A DNA stretch of 64,000 bases, from NCBI GenBank assembly GCA_963785665.1, contig CAWAWF010000022.1:242267-306266 (forward strand), in the 5' to 3' direction. The notes under the pieces are model-generated. The model saw only the letters and a program-made list of their open reading frames with translations, did no database searches and was not told where the DNA came from. The translations under genes and the position numbers were made by a program. This document shows positions 20,842 through 35,627 of this stretch, piece after piece; the first letter of the stretch is position 1, and each line of letters starts with the position of its first letter. This DNA comes from an uncultured Alphaproteobacteria bacterium. GTDB taxonomy: Bacteria; Pseudomonadota; Alphaproteobacteria; Rhizobiales; Xanthobacteraceae.

Positions 20842-22918
20842 ATGCCCGACCTTCTTCTCGAATTCTTCTCCGAGGAAATTCCCGCGCGGATGCAGGCGCG
20901 GGCGGCGGAGGATTTGAAGAAGCTCGTCACCGACAAACTGGTGAACGCGGGCCTGACCTACGACGGCGCCAAGGCGTTCGCGACGCCGCGCCGGCTCACG
21001 CTCGCGGTTGCCGGCATTCCGGTGCGGCAGCCCGACGTCAAGGAGGAGCGCAAAGGCCCGAAGGTCGGCGCGCCCGAGCAGGCCATCGCGGGATTTCTCC
21101 GCGCGGCGGGGCTCGCCTCGATCGGCGAGGCCAAGGTGCAGCCGGACAAGAAGGGCGACTTCTACGTCGCGGTGATCGAGAAATCCGGCAAGCCCGCGAT
21201 CGACGTGATCGCCGGCATCGTGCCGGAGGTGGCGAAGTCGTTTCCGTGGCCGAAGGCGATGCGCTGGGGCGAGGCGTCGGGCAAACCCGGCGCGCTCAAT
21301 TGGGTGCGGCCGCTGCATTCCATCGTCGCGATGTTCGGGCCCGAGACCGAGGAGCCCGACGTGGTGGCCTTTGATGTCGGCGGCGTCAGTTCGGGCGATA
21401 CCACCTACGGCCACCGCTTCCTGGCGCCGAACGCGATCAAGGTGAAGCGGCTCGACGACTACATGAGCAAGCTCGACGCCGCCAAGGTGGTGGTCGATCC
21501 GGCGCGGCGCGCGGAGATGATCTTGGCCGACGCCAAGACCCTGGCGTTCGCGCAAGGGCTTCGAGTTGGTCGAGGACGCGGGGCTGCTCGCCGAGGTCGC
21601 CGGTCTGGTCGAATGGCCGGTGGTGCTGATGGGCGACGTTCGACAAGGCGTTCCTCGCCATTCCGGAGGAGGTGATCCGCGCCACCATCCGCAACAACCA
21701 GAAGTGCTTCGTGGTGCGCGATCCCGACACGGCCAAGCTCACCAACAAGTTCGTCATGGTGTCGAACATCGAGGCGAGCGACGGCGGCAAGGCAATCGTC
21801 GCCGGCTGCGAGCGGGTGATCCGCGCGCGACTGTCTGATGCCAAGTTCTTCTACGACACCGATCTGAAGACGCGGCTCGAAGACCGCCTGCCGAAGTTCG
21901 AGCACATCGTGTTCCACGAGAAGCTCGGCACGCAGGCCGAGCGCATCGCGCGCATCGTCGCGCTGGCCGGTCATCTGGCGCCGATCGTCGGCGCCGACGT
22001 GGCGAAGGCCGAGCGCGCGGCGCTACTCTGCAAGGCCGATCTCGCCACCGAGGTGGTCGGCGAATTCCCCGAGGTGCAGGGCCTGATGGGCCGCTACTAC
22101 GCCGAGGCGCAGGGCGAGGACGAGGCGGTGGCGCATGCCATCGAGGATCACTACAGCCCGAAAGGCCCGGACGACATGGTGCCGGCCGATCCGGTGTCGG
22201 TCGCGGTCGCGCTGGCTGACAAGATCGACATCCTGACGGGCTTCTGGGCGATCGACGAAAAGCCGACCGGGAGTAAGGACCCGTATGCGCTGCGTCGCGC
22301 AGCGCTTGGCGTGATCCGGCTGGTGATCGACAACAACATCCGGATGCCGTTGCTGCCGGCCTTTCGCCAAGGCGCGGTCCGACGCGAACGGCATTGACCT
22401 CCTCGCCTTCTTCGCCGATCGCCTCAAGGTCCAACTCCGCGAGCAGGGCGCGCGCCACGACCTCGTCGACGCGGTGTTCGCGCTGCCGGGCCAGGACGAT
22501 CTCGTCCTGATCGTCCGCCGCATCGAGGCGCTCGGCAAATTCCTCGACACCGACGACGGCAAGAACCTGCTGGCCGGCACCAAGCGCGCGGCCAACATCC
22601 TCCGCATCGAGGAGAAGAAGGACAACACCGCCTACACCGGCGCGCCGGACGCGGGCCTGCTCCAGCAGCCCGAGGAAAAGGAACTCGCCCGCGCCATCGG
22701 CGTTGCCAAGACGGAGGCGGACGCCGCCGTCGAGACGAGAGGATTTCGCCTCGGCCATGACCGCGATGTCGAAGCTCCGCCCCCATGTCGATGCCTTCTT
22801 CGAGAAGGTCACGGTCAATGTCGATGACAAGGCACTGCGGGCCAATCGGCTCCGGCTGCTCAACGAAATCCGCGAGGCCACCCGCGCGGTAGCGGATTTC
22901 TCGAAAATCGAAGGCTAG
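20842..22918 (+). CDS. glyS: glycine--tRNA ligase beta subunit (several frameshifts)
   Basis: [65 protein letters not shown] and NRLRLL..DFSKIEG motifs across frames. Confidence 0.95.
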
Positions 22919-22962
22919 TTAGAACAAACCGCCTAGCGGGAAACGCTTGGAAGGAAAGGGGG

Positions 22963-25778
<2,816 letters not shown>

Positions 25779-25801
25779 TTTCAGGCCGTGCAGCCTTGCT
25801 C

Positions 25802-25922
25802 CGTCATCCGGGGCGCTCGCGCAGCGAGCGAACTCGGAATCCATAACCCCTGTGCCGATTATCAAATGCTGCGGGTTATGGATTCCGGGTTCGCGCCCTT
25901 ATGGACGCGCCCCGGAATGACG
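25802..25922. repeat. CGTC-type palindromic element, family 2, copy 2
   Basis: CGTCATCCGGGGCGC...GGAATCCATAACCC...GGGTTATGGATTCCGGGTTCGCG...CGCGCCCCGGAATGACG, directly after ppdK. Confidence 0.87.
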
Positions 25923-26009
25923 TTGAGGGGTTGGGTATTCCGCTGGCCCGGCGGCGTGTTAGCGTCTTCCGGGAAGATACGCCGAGCATAACGGCGACGA
26001 GGGGGAACA

Positions 26010-28114
26010 ATGGCGGAGGGGGTAACACCGGCTGCGGCTGATGAGACCGCGCCCGGCACCGGGCCGGAGCAACTGGGCGCCGGGCTTGAGCAACAGCCGG
26101 GCATTTCGCAGGAGGCGCTGAAGAAGGCCGAGGAGTTCATCGAGGCCGACGAGGGCGCCTTCAACCGGCTGTCCGGCCACGCCGGCATGATCGCCACCAC
26201 CGTCGCGGTGGTGATGTCGCTGTTTCATCTCTACGCCGCCATCGCCGGTGCCTGGCCGTTCGGCTGGGCGCCGATCATTTCGACGCAGCCACTTCGCTAC
26301 ACCCACGTCGCCTTCGTGCTGGTGCTGACCTTCCTGCTGTTCCCGATGGCGAAGCGGTATCGCAACCAAATCCGCTGGTGGGACGTGGTGCTGGGGCTGA
26401 TCGGCGCCGGCATCCTGATCTACGCCATCCAGGGCGGCGACGATTTCACCGATCGCGCCACCACGCCGGACCGAGCTCGACGTCTGGCTCGGCGCCATCT
26501 TCATCGTGCTGCTGCTGGAGGCGACGCGGCGCACCACCGGCCTGATCGTGCCGGTGATCTCGGCGGGCTTCCTCGCCTATTCCTATTTCGGCCCGTATCT
26601 GCCGCAGCCATGGACCCACCGCGGCTTCGACATCGGCCAGATCGTCGGCCAGCTCTTCATCACGCTCGAAGGCATCTTCGGCGTGCCGGTCGACGTGTCG
26701 TCGTCGCTGATCATCCTGTTCACGATCTACGGCGCCTTCCTGCAGCATTCCGGCGCGGGAAAGTTCTTCATCGACTTCTCGATGGCGCTGATGGGCAACA
26801 AGCCGAACAGCGCCGGGCGCACCGTGGTGCTGTCGTCGTTCCTGCTCGGCGGGCCGTCGGGCTCGGGCGTCGCCACCACGGTGACGATCGGCGCCGTCGC
26901 CTATCCGATGATGGAGCGCGCCGGCTTCGAGAAGAACGCCGCCGGCGGGCTGCTGGCGGCCGGCGGACTCGGCGCCATCATCTCGCCGCCGGTGCTCGGC
27001 GCCGCCGCCTTCCTGATCGCCGAGTTCCTGAAGATCAGCTATCTCGAAGTGATCTGGATGGCGACCATCCCGACCTTGCTGTACTACCTCGCGCTGCTGT
27101 TCATGGTCGAGCTCGACGCCAAGAAATACGGCGCCAAGATCGTCGACACCGGACAGCACTTGTCGCTGTGGCAGCTCACCAAGCGCTACGGCTTCCACTT
27201 CATTTCGCTGATCTCGATCATCGCCTTCATGCTGTGGGGCTATTCGCCGACGCTCGCGGTGTTCTGGTCGATCATCCTGACCTTCGCGCTGAGCTTCGTC
27301 ACCACGCGAGACCGCGCTCACTCCGAAGCGCCTGATCAAGACGCTGTCGGACGGCTCGACCGGCGTGCTGACCGCGGCCACCACCTGCGCCACCGCCGGC
27401 ATCATCGTCGGCGTCGTCACGTTGACCGGGCCTGGGCCTGAAGTTCTCCTCGATCGTGATCGACTACGCCCACGAAAATCTGCTGCTCACCGCGATCTAC
27501 ACCGCGCTGATCGTGTGGATCGTCGGCCTCGCCGTGCCCGTTACCGCGTCCTACATCATCTGCGCGGTGATCGCGGCGCCGGCGCATGATCAAGCTCGGC
27601 GTGCCCGATGTCGCGGCGCACATGTTCATCTTCTATTACGCCGTGCTCTCGGAGGTGTCGCCGCCGACGGCGCTGTCGCCGTTCGCCGCGGCCGCCATCA
27701 CCGGCGGCGATCCCTACAAGACCACGATGCAGGCGTGGAAATACACGCTGCCGGCGTTCCTGGTGCCGTTCGTGTTCGTGCTCGACCCGCAGGGGCTCGG
27801 ACTGCTGCTGAAGATTCCGGCCGGCGGCTCCTGGGTCGATATCGTCGAGATCACGGTCAAGACCGCGCTGGGCTTGGGCGCCCTCTCCGCCGCGGCGCAA
27901 GGCTGGGCGCTGCGCCAAGACCACGATCATCGAGCGCGTCCTGTTCACCCTGTCCGGCCTGCTGCTGGTGTTCCCAAGCCTGATCGAGGGCATCCTGGAG
28001 GCGATCGTTGGCCGCGACCTGGATTACACGGAGTTTTTCGGCTTGGCACTCGGCATCGCGTTGCTGGTGAAGCAGCGCATGCGGCAAGACGCGCCATCGC
28101 CGGCAATCTCGTAG
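26010..28114 (+). CDS. TRAP transporter fused 4TM/12TM permease (TAXI type), frameshifted
   Basis: LLEATRR, LEGIFGVP, SGAGKFFID, ISPPVLGAAAFLIAE and AHMFIFYYAVLSEVSPP motifs across frames. Confidence 0.9.
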
Positions 28115-28148
28115 GGATAGAATGAGAAAAAGCGAAAGGGAGAAAACG

Positions 28149-29126
28149 ATGAACCGCAGAGAATTGATGCTCGGAGGGCTGGCGGCCGGCACGGCGTTGT
28201 CCGGGCTGTCCGGCGGCCGCGCGCTGGCGCAGCAGCAGACCACCATCGCCATCGCCACCGGCGGCACCGGCGGCGTCTATTATCCGCTCGGCGGCGGCAT
28301 GGCCAACATCCTGACCAAATACGTGCCGGGCTACGCCGCCACCGCCCGCGTCACCGGCGGCTCGGTCGACAACCTCAAGCTGATCGGCACCAAGCAGAGC
28401 GAAGTCGCCATGGTGATGGTCGACGCCGCACTCGACGCGCTGAAGGGCGACGACAAGTTCAAGGGCAATCCGGTCCAGGTGCGGACGCTGATGGTGCTCT
28501 ACCCGAACCGCATGCATGTGGTGTCGATCGAGGGCAAGGGCGTCGAGAAGATGTCCGACCTCAAGGGCAAGCGGATTTCCACCGGCTCGCCCGGCAGCGC
28601 CACCGAGGTGATGGCGTTCCGCGTCATCGAGGCGGCCGGCCTCGACAAGGACAAGGACATGCGCCGCGAGCGGCTCGGCGTCGCCGAATCCACCAACGCG
28701 CTGAAGGACGGCAAGATCGACGCGTACTTCTGGGTCGGCGGCCTGCCGACCGCGGGCGTCACCGATCTCGCAGCGACCCCGGGCGTCAAGCTCAAGCTCA
28801 TTGACCACGCCGAGATGCTCGACAAGATGAACGCCAAGTACGGCGGCATCTACAGCGCCGACGTGATCCCGGCCAAGACCTATCCGGGCCAGGACAAGGA
28901 CAACAAGATCATCTCGGTGCAGAACATTCTGGTGTCGGACGCGAGCCTGCCGGACCAGGAGGCGTACAACATCGTCAAGACCTTCATCGAGCACAAGGCC
29001 GACCTGGTCGCGGTGCACGGTGAGGCCAAGAACATCGATCTTGCCAAGCAGGTGAAGGCGAACTCGGCGATCCCGTGGCATCCCGGCGCGGTGAAGTACT
29101 ACACCGAAAAGGGCGTGAAGATGTGA
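28149..29126 (+). CDS. TAXI family TRAP solute-binding protein (Tat signal)
   Basis: MNRRELMLGG Tat motif, IATGGTGGVYYPLGG, GSVDN and PWHPGA motifs. Confidence 0.93.
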   Translation: MNRRELMLGGLAAGTALSGLSGGRALAQQQTTIAIATGGTGGVYYPLGGGMANILTKYVPGYAATARVTGGSVDNLKLIGTKQSEVAMVMVDAALDALKGDDKFKGNPVQVRTLMVLYPNRMHVVSIEGKGVEKMSDLKGKRISTGSPGSATEVMAFRVIEAAGLDKDKDMRRERLGVAESTNALKDGKIDAYFWVGGLPTAGVTDLAATPGVKLKLIDHAEMLDKMNAKYGGIYSADVIPAKTYPGQDKDNKIISVQNILVSDASLPDQEAYNIVKTFIEHKADLVAVHGEAKNIDLAKQVKANSAIPWHPGAVKYYTEKGVKM

Positions 29127-29153
29127 GCTGCGCGAAAGCATCCGCTTCAATCG

Positions 29154-29182
29154 GGCCGACCGGGAAACCGGTCGGCCTTTTT
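29154..29182 (+). terminator. Rho-independent terminator
   Basis: GGCCGACCGG-GAAA-CCGGTCGGCC hairpin followed by TTTTT. Confidence 0.9.
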
Positions 29183-29198
29183 GCTGCGCGTCTTGCGC

Positions 29199-29214
29199 GT
29201 TGACGAAGCGTTAA
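29199..29214 (-). promoter_or_regulatory. putative CtrA box upstream of cell wall hydrolase
   Basis: Minus strand TTAA-CGCTTCG-TCAAC, one mismatch to TTAA-N7-TTAAC; further TTAA half-sites at 29250 and 29267. Confidence 0.45.
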
Positions 29215-29363
29215 GGCCGTCTGCTCCGCAAGCGGGCGGCGTGCCGCGATTAACGGCTTCGCAAGGTTAATCCGACCATAAAAGAACGTGTCGCATTGAT
29301 GCCACAGGCACCGATGCCGGCGCTTGTGTTGCGTAGCGTTGCGTCCGTTGCGTGAGCGTAAGC

Positions 29364-30711
29364 ATGGTTCTGTTGCGTAAAAGGCCGAAGGGAGTGCGCA
29401 GCCGTGCTCCCTTCGGCCTGTGCGTTCTGGCGCTCAGCCTGATGCCGCGCTCGATCGGCTATCAGGACCTGGTCTCGCTGATGGCGCGGCAGTCCGATCT
29501 GTCGCAGCGCGCCCGCGCCCACATGCTGGCGTCGCCGTTCGGCACCATCCACGCCGCGACGTTCAGCTTTCCGCAGCCGGTCGGCACCGACATCCCCGAA
29601 CTGCCGCCCTATCAGCTCGCCAGCATCGGCGGCGCCGATCCGGAATCGACCGGCTCACTTGGCGGCGACGAAGCGCCGCTCGCCCGCCCTCGCGCCGATT
29701 TCCCGGCGGTCAACCGCCGGCTGAAGGGCGACCTGCTGGTGATCCGCCCCCACGACGGCGAACCCACCGGCACCCACGATCTGACTCCGGGGCGGGTCAA
29801 GACCGTGACGTTTCCGCGGCCCGACGGCGCGCCTCCCGACGAGGCGGTGGGCAACTACCAGGTGGCCTCGATCCAGCCGACCGAGCCGCCGAAGGCCAAG
29901 GCGCCGCTTGCCGCCGTCGAGGACCAGAGCGACGCCGCGATCCGTCTCGGCCGGCTCTATTTCGGCAACGTCGTCGAAGACGGCGTCGGCGCCATCCAGC
30001 CGTGGCCGGACGAGGAGCAGGTCGTAATCGAGCAGCCCGGCGGCGATCCGGACCTCAAGAAGTCCGCGATGGCGACGGTGGCGAGCGCCGATTTCAATTT
30101 CGAGACGGCGTCCCTGCCGCAGGAGCCGGGCGTTGAGCCGATGCCGGCCGAGGTGTTCATGAGCGGCGAGACGGTCGCCGCCAAGGGCGAGGTGACCGGC
30201 CCGGGCAAGCGGCCACGGACGCCGGCCGAGCGGCTCAACCTCGACGCAAAGTCGCGCCCCAAGGCCGAGAAGTGCCTGGCCGAGGCGATCTATTTCGAGG
30301 CGCGCGGCGAGCCCAAGCGCGGCCAGATCGCGGTCGCCCAGGTGGTGATGAACCGGGTGTTCTCCGGCTTCTATCCCAACACCGTCTGCGGCGTGGTCTA
30401 TCAGAACGCCGATCGCCACAACTCCTGCCAGTTCACCTTCGCCTGCGACGACGTCAAGGACACCATCGACGAGCCGGATATGTGGGAGCAGGCCAAGGAA
30501 ATCTCCCACGACATGATCGACGGCAAGATGTGGCTGCCGGAGATCGGCCACTCGACGCACTACCACGCCTATTGGGTGCATCCGTCGTGGGTCAACGAGA
30601 TGAAGAAGCTGCTACAAGATCGGCGTGCACAGCTTCTACCGGCCGAAGGCCTGGGGCGACAGCGTCGAGGTGCCGAACTACACCTTCGTCCCGCCGGAGA
30701 AGAAGGGCTGA
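29364..30711 (+). CDS. cell wall hydrolase (SleB/Hydrolase_2 domain), frameshift near 30610
   Basis: [41 protein letters not shown] and IGVHSFY motifs. Confidence 0.92.
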
Positions 30712-30718
30712 CGGCTCT

Positions 30719-30835
30719 CGTCATTCCGGGGCGCGGCGAAGCCGCGAACCCGGAATCCATACTCCGCAGCATTCAAGTCATCGGCACAGGGGTTCTGGAT
30801 TCCGGGCTCGCGCTATCGCGCGTCCCGGAATGACG
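30719..30835. repeat. CGTC-type palindromic element, family 2, copy 3
   Basis: CGTCATTCCGGGGCGCG...AACCCGGAATCCA...TGGATTCCGGGCTCGCG...CCCGGAATGACG between convergent genes; its core is the reverse complement of the copy 2 core. Confidence 0.87.
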
Positions 30836-30841
30836 GGTCGG

Positions 30842-31742
30842 CTAAATCTCGATATCCAACCCGACATCCAGCGCCGGCGCCGAATGCGTCAGCGCGCCGG
30901 ACGAGGCGTAGTCGACGCCGGTCGCGGCGATCTCCGCGATGGTGTCGAGCGTGATGCCGCCGGAGGCCTCGATCACCAGCTTGCCGCCGGCCATTCGCCA
31001 CCGCCTTCTTCATGGAAGCGACATCGAAGTTGTCGATCAGCACCACGTCGGCGAGCCCGCAGTCGAGCACCTCGGCGAGTTGCTCCAGCGAATCCACCTC
31101 GATCTCGATCTTGACCAGATGGCCGGCCGAGGCACGCGCCCGCTCCAGCACGGCGCGGATGCCGCCCGCGACGGCAATGTGGTTGTCCTTGATCAGGATC
31201 GCGTCGTCGAGCCCGAAGCGGTGGTTGAAGCCGCCGCCGCAGCGCACCGCGTACTTCTCCAGCGCGCGCAGCCCGGGCGTGGTCTTCCGCGTGCAGCAGA
31301 CGCGGGTTTTGCCGCCGCCGGCCTTTTTCACATAGGCCGCGGTCGCGCTGGCGATGCCGGACAGGTGCTGGACGAAATTGAGCGCCACCCGTTCGGCCGA
31401 CAGCACGGCGCGGGCGTCGCCGTTGATGTGAAGGAGCGCGGTCTTCGCCTCGACCATGGCGCCGTCGCGGACCGCCGGCACGATCTCGATGTCGGGCGAA
31501 AGCCTGCGGAAGCAGGCGGCGACGAGCGGCAGGCCCGCGATGCAGCCGGCCTTGCGCGCCGCCATCACGGTGCGGCTCGGCGTGCCGGGCGGGATGGTGG
31601 CGATCGAGGTGACGTCGCCGGCGCGGCCGAGGTCCTCGGCGAGCGCGCGCGTCACCGCGTCGTCGATCTCCAGCGGCGAGAGAAAGCCGGTGGGATAGAT
31701 CAGCGAGTCGATCAGGTTCTGTGTCGTCGCCCGGGTCAGCAT
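30842..31742 (-). CDS. nadC: quinolinate phosphoribosyltransferase (frameshift near 30995)
   Basis: [41 protein letters not shown] and EASGG motifs. Confidence 0.95.
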
Positions 31743-31752
31743 CGGTGCACCT

Positions 31753-32848
31753 CTAAGACTTCAGATAAATCATGCGCTCGACCGCGCGGCGGGCCTTCTC
31801 GGCGATCATTGGATCGACGACGACCTCCTCCCTCATGAGACGAGGCTGTCGAGAATCTTCGGCAGGTGATCCGCTTCATGTGCGGGCAGAGATTGCATGG
31901 CCGGGTGAACTCGACGTCGGGCAATTCGGCCTGGACGTTGTCGGCCATCGAGCATTCGGTCACCAGCACCACGCGCTTCGGCCTGTTCTTGCGCACATAG
32001 TCGATCATGTGCGCGGTCGAGCCGGTGAAGTCCGACGCCGCGATCACGTCCGGCGGGCATTCGGGGTGCGCGACGATCTGCACCGACGGATCGTTGGCGC
32101 GGATCAGCGCGAGCTCGTCGCCGGTGAAGCGCTCATGCACCTCGCAGGAGCCCTTCCAGGCGATGATCTTCACCTTGGTCTGCGAGGCCACGTATTTCGC
32201 CAGATACTGGTCCGGCACCATGATGACGGTGTCGCGGCCGAGGCTCTCGACGACTTCGAGCGCGTTCGACGAGGTGCAGGTGATGTCGCTCTCGGCCTTC
32301 ACCTCGGCCGAGGTGTTGACGTAGGTCACCACCGGCACGCCGGGGAAACGCTCGCGCAGCAGCCGCACGTCCTCCGCCGTGATCGCCTCGGCGAGCGAGC
32401 AGCCGGCCTTGAGGTCGGGGATCAGCACGGTCTTCTGCGGATTGAGCACCTTGGCGGTCTCGGCCATGAAGTGCACGCCGCATTGCACGATGATGTCGGC
32501 CTTCACCTTCGTGGCCTCGCGGGCGAGCTGGAGGCTGTCGCCGGTGAAGTCGGCGACGCAGTTGTAGATCTCCGGCGTCTGGTAGTTGTGCGCCAGGATG
32601 ACGGCGTTGCGCTCCTTCTTCAGCGCGTTGATGGCGCGCACATAAGGCGCAAAGAACGGCCACTCGACCGAGGGCACGACGTTCTTGATGCGCTCATAGA
32701 GATGCGCGGTGTCGCGCTCGACCTCGGCGTTCCATTCAAGCGACGGCATCGGCAGCGCGCCGAACCTCTTCAACGCGACACTTGCGCCGGCCGGCGAGGG
32801 CGCCGGCGTCCGCCGGCTCAACGGCCCCACAGTGTCCAGCATCGGCAT
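31753..32848 (-). CDS. nadA: quinolinate synthase (frameshifts at the 3' end)
   Basis: [42 protein letters not shown] and CPHMKRIT motifs. Confidence 0.96.
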
Positions 32849-32867
32849 GACAAGTCTCCAGTTCGAT

Positions 32868-32888
32868 ATATGCTCAATATGAGCATAT
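32868..32888. promoter_or_regulatory. NadQ-type operator 1
   Basis: Perfect 21-bp palindrome ATATGCTCA-ATA-TGAGCATAT, about 20 bp upstream of nadA; resembles the alphaproteobacterial NadQ box. Confidence 0.85.
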
Positions 32889-32921
32889 TAGAGGACGAAA
32901 ACATCCGGCTTTCGCCGGGCC

Positions 32922-32942
32922 TTATCCTCATTCAGAGCAAAT
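32922..32942. promoter_or_regulatory. NadQ-type operator 2 (degenerate)
   Basis: TTATCCTCA-TTC-AGAGCAAAT, same geometry, 54 bp from operator 1. Confidence 0.6.
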
Positions 32943-33118
32943 GATATAGCACTTTGATCCCGGCTTCGCCAGTCCCGTCCCGCGCTTCAGGCATGCGGCC
33001 ATGAGCGGCGCAAATCGGACCCATCAGCAAGTTTCGCTTGGGACGGCTCTGCCGAGCGTCTATTTATCGACTCGTCATCGCGCGCCTCTTCCGGCGCCGG
33101 ACGTGCCGGAGAGCTCCG

Positions 33119-34362
33119 ATGTCCACCGCGACCGTTTCTGCGCCGCCGAAGCTCCAGTCCTGGCGGACTCCGGCGGTGTTGATCGCGGTCGGCTGCGCCA
33201 TCGCGCTGATCGCCTTCGGTCCGCGCTCGGCGATCGGCCAATTCCTCAGCCCGATGTCGTTCGGCCATGGTTGGGGCCGTGAGACGTTCTCCTTCGCCAT
33301 CGCCGTGCAGAACCTGCTGTGGGGCGCGACCCAGCCGTTCGCCGGCGCCGTCGCCGACCGCTTCGGCCCGGTCCGCGTGCTATCGTGCAGGCGCGCTTCT
33401 CTACGCGATCGGTCTGGCATGGATGGCGAACGCGAACACCATCCTCGCGCTCGACCTCTCCGCCGGCGTGACGATTGGATTTGGCCTCGCCGGCTGCTCG
33501 TTTCCGATGGTGATCGGCGCGCTCGGCAAGCTCGTGCCGGAAAACTGGCGTGCGCTTCGCATTCGGCGCCGGCACCGCCTCGGGCTCGTTCGGCCAATTC
33601 CTCTATTCGCCCCTGGCGCATTCGCTGATCGAGTCGTTCTCGTGGCAGACCGCGCTGCTGGTGTTCGCAGGCTCGATGCTGCTGGTGCTGCCGTTGTCGC
33701 TGGCATTGGCGACGCCGCGGGCGGTGCCGGTCGCCGGCGCGCCGAAGACGCAGTCGAGCAGGCAGGCGCTGATGGAGGCATTCGGCCATCGCAGCTATGT
33801 CCTGCTTGTGCTGGGCTTCTTCACCTGCGGCTTCCAGCTCGCGTTCGTCACCGTGCATCTGCCGTCCTATCTTCTCGACCGCGGGCTCGGCGCCGACATC
33901 GGCGCCTGGACCATCGCCTTGATCGGCCTGTTCAACATCGTGGGTTCGCTGAGCTCGGGCTGGCTGTCCGGCCGGATGCCGAAGCGCTACCTGCTTTCGA
34001 GCATTTATTTCGCTCGCGCGCTGTCGATCGTCGCGTTCATCGTGTTCCCGGCGACCACGGTTTCGACGCTGCTGTTCGGCGCGGTGACAGGCCTGCTCTG
34101 GCTCTCGACGGTGCCGCCGACCTCGGGCCTGGTGGCGCTGATGTTCGGCACGCGCTGGCTCACCATGTTGTTCGGCTTCGCCTTCTTCAGCCATCAGGTC
34201 GGCGGCTTCCTCGGCGTTTGGCTTGGCGGCCTCGCCTTCGAGGCGACCGGTTCCTACAACCTGGTCTGGTGGCTTTCGGTGTTCTTCGGCGTCGCTTCCG
34301 CTGTGATCAACCTGCCGATCGTCGAAAAGCCGGTGGCGCGGCCGGTCGCGGTCGCGGCATAA
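33119..34362 (+). CDS. MFS transporter, paralogue 1 (frameshifts near 33385 and 33550)
   Basis: QNLLWGATQPFAGAVADRFG, GFFTCGFQLAF, WLSTVPPT and SHQVGGFLGVW motifs. Confidence 0.9.
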
Positions 34363-34372
34363 TCGCCGAGAC

Positions 34373-35605
34373 ATGCCGGACCGTCTTGCCACGTGGCGCA
34401 CGCCACTCGTCATCCTTCTTTGCGGCTGCGCGATCGGGCTGATCAGCTTCGGTCCGCGCTCGACCTTCGGATTTTTCCTGTCGCCGATGGACGCCGCCCA
34501 TGACTGGGGCCGCGATCAGTTCAGCCTCGCGCTTGCCATCGAGATGCTGCTGTGGGGCGCCGGCCAGCCGTTCTCCGGCGCGCTCGCCGACCGTTTCGGC
34601 GCGCCGAAGGTCCTGGCATGCGGCGCGGCTTTGTACGTCGCCGGCCTGATCTGGATGGCGTACGCGCAGACGGCGTTCGAGCTCTACATGTCGGCCGGCG
34701 TGCTGATCGGGCTGGGGCTTGCCGGCTGCTCGTTCTCCATCGTGATCGGCGCCTTCGCCAAGCTGATGCCGCCGAGCTGGCGGACCATCGCCTTCGGCGC
34801 CGGCACTGCGGCCGGCTCGTTCGGCCAGTTCCTGTTCTCGCCGCTCGCGGTCGCCTTGATCGGCGGCATCGGCTGGCAGGCGACGCTGCTGGTCTTCGCC
34901 GTCATCATGCTCATCACCGTGCCGCTGGCGTTCGCCATGTCGGCACCGCCCCAGACGCAGTCTCCGACTGTGACAGCGCCCGCGAGGCAGACGCTTAGCC
35001 AGGCGCTGGCCGAGGCGCTCGGCCACAAGAGCTACGTGCTGCTCTCGCTCGGCTACTTCACCTGCGGCTTCCAGCTCTTTTTCATCACCGTGCATCTGCC
35101 GGCCTACCTGGTCGACCGCGGCCTGCCGGCCTCGATTGGCGGCTGGACCATCGCGGTGATCGGCCTGTTCAACATCATGGGCTCGCTCGGCTCGGGCTAC
35201 ATCGCCAACCTGATGCCCAAGCGCTATCTGCTGTCGGCGATCTATTTCAGCCGCTCGCTCGCCATCTTGGCCTTCATCCTGCTGCCGCCGAGCCCGGCGG
35301 CGACGCTCATCTTCGGCGCGGTCATCGGCGTGCTCTGGCTTTCCACCATCCCGCCGACCTCGGCCTTGATCTCGATCATGTTCGGGCCGCGCTGGCTGAC
35401 CATGCTGCTCGGCCTCGCCTTCTTCGTCCATCAGCTCGGCGGCTTCCTCGGCGTCTGGCTCGGCGGCGTGTTGTTCGAGCGCACCGGCTCCTACGACGTG
35501 ATCTGGTGGGGTACGATCTTCTTCGGCATCGCCTCGGCCGTCATCAACCTGCCGATTGTCGAGCGGCCGGTGTCGAGGCCAGAGGCCGCGCCCGCGACGG
35601 CATGA
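34373..35605 (+). CDS. MFS transporter, paralogue 2
   Basis: Intact 410-aa ORF with the same motifs ([28 protein letters not shown]). Confidence 0.92.
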   Translation: MPDRLATWRTPLVILLCGCAIGLISFGPRSTFGFFLSPMDAAHDWGRDQFSLALAIEMLLWGAGQPFSGALADRFGAPKVLACGAALYVAGLIWMAYAQTAFELYMSAGVLIGLGLAGCSFSIVIGAFAKLMPPSWRTIAFGAGTAAGSFGQFLFSPLAVALIGGIGWQATLLVFAVIMLITVPLAFAMSAPPQTQSPTVTAPARQTLSQALAEALGHKSYVLLSLGYFTCGFQLFFITVHLPAYLVDRGLPASIGGWTIAVIGLFNIMGSLGSGYIANLMPKRYLLSAIYFSRSLAILAFILLPPSPAATLIFGAVIGVLWLSTIPPTSALISIMFGPRWLTMLLGLAFFVHQLGGFLGVWLGGVLFERTGSYDVIWWGTIFFGIASAVINLPIVERPVSRPEAAPATA

Positions 35606-35627
35606 GGCGGAAAGTCCGGAGGGCGAC

